Assembly (NCBI GenBank): GCA_965202805.1
Contig: OZ241869.1
Location: 2,060,652-2,124,651 of the forward strand
DNA: 64,000 nucleotides
DNA from: Longimicrobiales bacterium
GTDB lineage: Bacteria > Gemmatimonadota > Gemmatimonadetes > Longimicrobiales > Gaopeijiaceae
Direction: 5' to 3'
Below, in pieces: positions 60,791 through 64,000 of the stretch; position 1 is the first letter of the stretch, and every line of letters begins with the position of its first letter. The notes under the pieces were generated by a model. The model worked only from the letters and a program-made list of their open reading frames with translations. It was not told the origin of the DNA and made no database searches. The position numbers were made by a program, and so were the translations under genes.

Positions 60791-62494
60791 CTACTTGAAT
60801 ACGCGCTCGAACTCGTCGCGCTGCGAGTTGGTGCCGACGAAGAGCACGTGCTCTCCCCTGCGGATGACGCGTCCCGGCCGCGGATGGGGATTGACCACCC
60901 CGTTGCTCTCCACCGCGATCACGGCGAGTCCGGTGCGCGCCAGGATCCCGCTCTCGCGCAGCTGCTTGCCGTCCAGCGAGCGGGGCACTTCCGCGTTGAA
61001 GACGTCGAGTCCCTCTCCGAAGATCATGGGTTCCCTGCCCCGCAGGGCGCCCACAACCGACTGGATCTTGATCTGCGAGTCGCTCACGGCGAAATCGGCG
61101 CCGGCGCGATGGATGGCCTCGACGTTGGAGGGATGGCTGACCCGGCTGACGATGATCGTGTCCGGGTTGAGCTTCCGGCAGTAGACCGCCAGAAAGATGT
61201 TTGCGGCGTCATCGTTGGTGGTCAGCACCACGGAAGCCGCCTCCGAGATCCCGAGCCGCGTCATGACGCGGCTGTCCGCCGCGTCCCCGATCACGATGTC
61301 GCTGGTCACCTCTTCGATGCTCTCGCGCAGCGTCGGGTCACGCTCCACGATCCGAACCTCCGCCCCGCGCCCTGCCAGGGCGCGCGCCACCTCGCGTCCG
61401 ACCCGTCCTCCGCCGATGACGAGCACGCGTCCCCCGCAGGTGATGCCCTCGCTCAGGTATTCGTTGAGCGCCTCCACCTCGGCCACGCTTCCCACCGCCA
61501 GCCCGATGCAGTCCTCCCGCAGCATCGTGTCGGGCAGCCCCGGCTCCAGGTGGCCCCTCTTGGCGAGGGCGGCCACGGTCACGCCCGTTTCCGCCCGCAC
61601 CTGGGCGTCCTCCAGAGTCATCCCGGCAAGACGGGTATTGCGGATGGGAAACTCGGCGATCGCGATCTGCCTGTAACGACCGATGGTGAGCGCGCGCGCC
61701 GAACCGACCGACACCCGGCTGGCCAACTGCTTGCCGAGCCTGCGCGCGGTCAGCACGACCTGGTTGGCCCCGGCCAGTTCCAGCACCGCCTCCCCCTCCG
61801 GGTTCACCGCGGTGGCCACGATGGGCACCCGCTCCGAAACCTCGCGCGCCGTGAGCACGATGTTGGTGTTGACCTCGTCCGCCGCGTTGGCCAGCAGGAG
61901 GCTCGCGCGCCCGAACGCGCAGTTCTCGTAGGTGGCCCGCACGCCGAGGCTCCCGCGCACCACCGGCACCTTGTCGGCGTGCAGGGAGGCAGCCCGCAGC
62001 GGATCGGACTCGATCACCACGCTCTCGATTCCGGAGAGCGCCAGCCGTTCGATGAGCTCTTCGGCCACGTCGTCCCAGGTGCTGATGATGACGTGGCCGT
62101 CGAGCTCCGCGGGGACGCGTGTGCGCACCCTGGTCTTGAACTGGGCCTCCACCCAGGGCGCGTAGAAGCGGACGAAGGCCACCGGCAGGTAGATGAGCAG
62201 CATGCTGACCCCGGCCACCAGCACCACCATGCTGAATATGCGCCCGAGGTCCGACTGGAACACGATGTCGCCGAACCCCAGCGTACTCATGGTCGTGAGG
62301 GTCCAGTAGATGCCCGTGAACCAGTCGTGCTCCTGGCCCTCGCGCACCATCAGCAAGTGGAAGATCGCCGAGGAGACGCCGATGAAGGTGACCAGCACAA
62401 CCGCGAAGCCCAGCAGGTTCAGAGGCCTCAGCTCGGCGTTGCCGCGATGGCTGCCGCCGACCAGGTCGGCGATTGCGCCGATGGTTCCCTTCAT
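60791..62494 (-). CDS. potassium channel with tandem RCK/TrkA domains
   Basis: Two TM helices plus a pore with selectivity filter TTMSTLGFGD. Rossmann motifs HVIISTWDD... and VLVIGGGRVGREVA, each followed by a TrkA-C-like module. Confidence 0.85.
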   Translation of the reverse strand: MKGTIGAIADLVGGSHRGNAELRPLNLLGFAVVLVTFIGVSSAIFHLLMVREGQEHDWFTGIYWTLTTMSTLGFGDIVFQSDLGRIFSMVVLVAGVSMLLIYLPVAFVRFYAPWVEAQFKTRVRTRVPAELDGHVIISTWDDVAEELIERLALSGIESVVIESDPLRAASLHADKVPVVRGSLGVRATYENCAFGRASLLLANAADEVNTNIVLTAREVSERVPIVATAVNPEGEAVLELAGANQVVLTARRLGKQLASRVSVGSARALTIGRYRQIAIAEFPIRNTRLAGMTLEDAQVRAETGVTVAALAKRGHLEPGLPDTMLREDCIGLAVGSVAEVEALNEYLSEGITCGGRVLVIGGGRVGREVARALAGRGAEVRIVERDPTLRESIEEVTSDIVIGDAADSRVMTRLGISEAASVVLTTNDDAANIFLAVYCRKLNPDTIIVSRVSHPSNVEAIHRAGADFAVSDSQIKIQSVVGALRGREPMIFGEGLDVFNAEVPRSLDGKQLRESGILARTGLAVIAVESNGVVNPHPRPGRVIRRGEHVLFVGTNSQRDEFERVFK

Positions 62495-62706
62495 CCGGGG
62501 AAATCCCTCATGGCGTGATGTTCTTCATCCCTGCGCGTCCCTCGAATGTAATGGCTCGACTGGCCCGCGCGGAAATGTCGGGGGAGCGGTCGGCGTCCGG
62601 GTCCGCCGCTCCGACGAAGCGCCGCCTTCTCCCCGTGCCATTGCGCGAGCACGGCTCTGCACGCTACGAGTTGCCCACCGCCATCTCCGGACGCAAGGGA
62701 GGACGG

Positions 62707-63384
62707 ATGCCGGTCCGCATGATGCTCGACCCGCTGCGCCGCACAGCCCGACACCTCCCCATGGTGGTGGGCGTCCTGGTTCTCGGTGCCACCGCTCTCG
62801 CCTCACAGGCGGCGGGGCAGGACGAGCCGGGTCCCGGCGAAGCCATACCCTTCTACATCGACGACGGCGCCGGCATCCCCGGATACCAGCCGTCGGATGA
62901 CGATCTGGCCCGCGCGGCGTTCGACGCCTGGGCGCGCGAAAGCGGCGGCCGGCTGCGCTTCGCGGAAACCACCGCCCGGGACGCGCTCATCCACGTGGTC
63001 TGGATTGACCCCGCGAGCGGCGTGTATGGGGAGATGCGCACCGTGGTCGTCGACGGCCGGCCCAGGGCTCTTCTCTACGTGACGCCGAGCGTCGACCTCC
63101 AGGGACCCGCCATCGCACGCCTGGCCGCGGACGATCCGCTGCTGCGGGACACGATCGTCTACCTGACGTGCGTCCACGAACTGGGCCACGCCATCGGACT
63201 GCCGCACACCGCCGACTTCGAGGACATCATGTACTCGTTCGCCTTCGGCGGCGACATCGTGCGCTACTTCATGCGCTACCGGGAACGGCTCGCCGACCGC
63301 ACCGACATCGCGAACCACTCCGGGCTCTCGGCGGGCGACCGGGCGGTCCTGCACGGCCTGTACCCGCCACGGGAGCCGCGTTAG
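62707..63384 (+). CDS. M10 (matrixin-like) zinc metallopeptidase, secreted
   Basis: GGGAGG SD before ATG 62707, followed by a signal peptide. VHELGHAIGLPHT (HExxHxxGxxH) with downstream IMYS as a Met-turn candidate. Confidence 0.8.
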   Translation: MPVRMMLDPLRRTARHLPMVVGVLVLGATALASQAAGQDEPGPGEAIPFYIDDGAGIPGYQPSDDDLARAAFDAWARESGGRLRFAETTARDALIHVVWIDPASGVYGEMRTVVVDGRPRALLYVTPSVDLQGPAIARLAADDPLLRDTIVYLTCVHELGHAIGLPHTADFEDIMYSFAFGGDIVRYFMRYRERLADRTDIANHSGLSAGDRAVLHGLYPPREPR

Positions 63385-63490
63385 CGGCGGCGCGGGCTCA
63401 AGCCTGTCGCCTCGGCCGGACTCGTGCGGGGGCGGTTGGACGGGGACCGACCCGGACCCTGCCTGGCCGGGCGGCGGTGTCGGACCCGGC

Positions 63491-64000
63491 TCAGCGTCCG
63501 TCCACAGGCTCCAGCCTGAGCACCGCGGTCGGCTCGTCGTCACGATGGTCGATGGCGAGATAGATCAGCCCGTCGGGTCCCTGGCGCACGTCCCGGATCC
63601 GCCCCATCCCGTACACCAGCGTCTCCTCCCGGTGCACCGCCTCGCCGTCCATGACCAGGCGCGCGAGCTGCTCGAGCGCCATGCCGCCGGCGAAGATGTC
63701 GCCCCTCCAGCGCGGGAAGGCGTCCCCGGTGTAGAGCATCAGGCCGGAGGCGCCGATGGACGGCACCCAGACGTGGCTGGGGTCGGCCATGTTCTCGTCC
63801 ATGGTGCCCTTGTGGATGGCGAGCCCGCTGCGGTAGTTCACGCCGTACCCCACGACCGGCCAGCCGTAGTTCTCGCCCGCCATCACCAGGTTGAGCTCGT
63901 CACCGCCCTGGGGCCCGTGTTCGGTCTGCCAGACGGCGCCGGTCTCCATGTCGATGGCCAGCCCCTGCGCGTTGCGATGCCCGTAGGCCCAGATCTCCGG
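63491..64000 (-). CDS. PQQ-dependent sugar dehydrogenase (sGDH-like), C-terminal part; 5' end beyond the window
   Basis: The frame stays open to the window edge. EIWAYGHRNAQGLA, EHGPQGGDELN, ENYGWP and the terminal propeller blades. Confidence 0.8.
   Translation of the reverse strand, partial: PEIWAYGHRNAQGLAIDMETGAVWQTEHGPQGGDELNLVMAGENYGWPVVGYGVNYRSGLAIHKGTMDENMADPSHVWVPSIGASGLMLYTGDAFPRWRGDIFAGGMALEQLARLVMDGEAVHREETLVYGMGRIRDVRQGPDGLIYLAIDHRDDEPTAVLRLEPVDGR

Overview
High-GC bacterial chromosomal segment (roughly 68-70% G+C by eye, not computed). I call about 55 protein-coding genes. I saw no rRNA, tRNA, CRISPR array, transposase or integrase. Gene content suggests an aerobic, protein-degrading heterotroph: many secreted peptidases, a serpin, a CarboxypepD_reg-type TonB receptor, TRAP/DAACS/SSF transporters and a ba3-like oxidase. 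A Gemmatimonadota- or Rhodothermota-like origin is only a guess. All calls come from motif recognition in the supplied translations plus manual inspection of start codons and SD sites; no searches were run. Many very long ORFs in the track are antisense or out-of-frame shadow ORFs typical of high-GC DNA, and I rejected them. Main points of interest: (1) At 23.3-26.8 kb, a B-family-like haem-copper oxidase operon (IIa-like, CuA subunit II, subunit I, SCO fusion). Its subunit I keeps all six metal-binding His but has HSSQQ where the cross-linked Tyr motif HPxVY should be. That is the signature of NO-reductase-type or otherwise non-canonical family members. (2) Divergent from it, at 21.5-23.1 kb, an unusual single polypeptide fusing a di-haem cytochrome b, 2x[4Fe-4S] and an MvhD/FlpD-like domain. 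(3) At 34.5-37.4 kb, a PhnZ/TmpB-like HD-domain oxygenase, a BBOX/TmpA-like 2OG oxygenase and an MTHFR-like gene: a candidate oxidative C-P cleavage module. It is flanked by four exact-period 23-bp iteron-like repeats plus a 24-bp perfect palindrome. (4) At 2.9-8.3 kb, a GalT-less sugar salvage module (nucleotidylyltransferase, SSF symporter, galactokinase-like kinase, divergent epimerase). The nucleotidylyltransferase carries an 8 x 21-bp in-frame tandem repeat. (5) At 8.3-13.8 kb, a lower-GC accessory stretch with a Fic-like gene missing its catalytic motif, a ~20% GC phased TATA-rich spacer, a DUF4143 ATPase and a serpin. (6) At 47.0-48.2 kb, a lower-GC two-gene cassette splitting a TRAP dctP / dctQM operon. 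(7) Several families of short palindromic or repeat elements in convergent intergenic regions.
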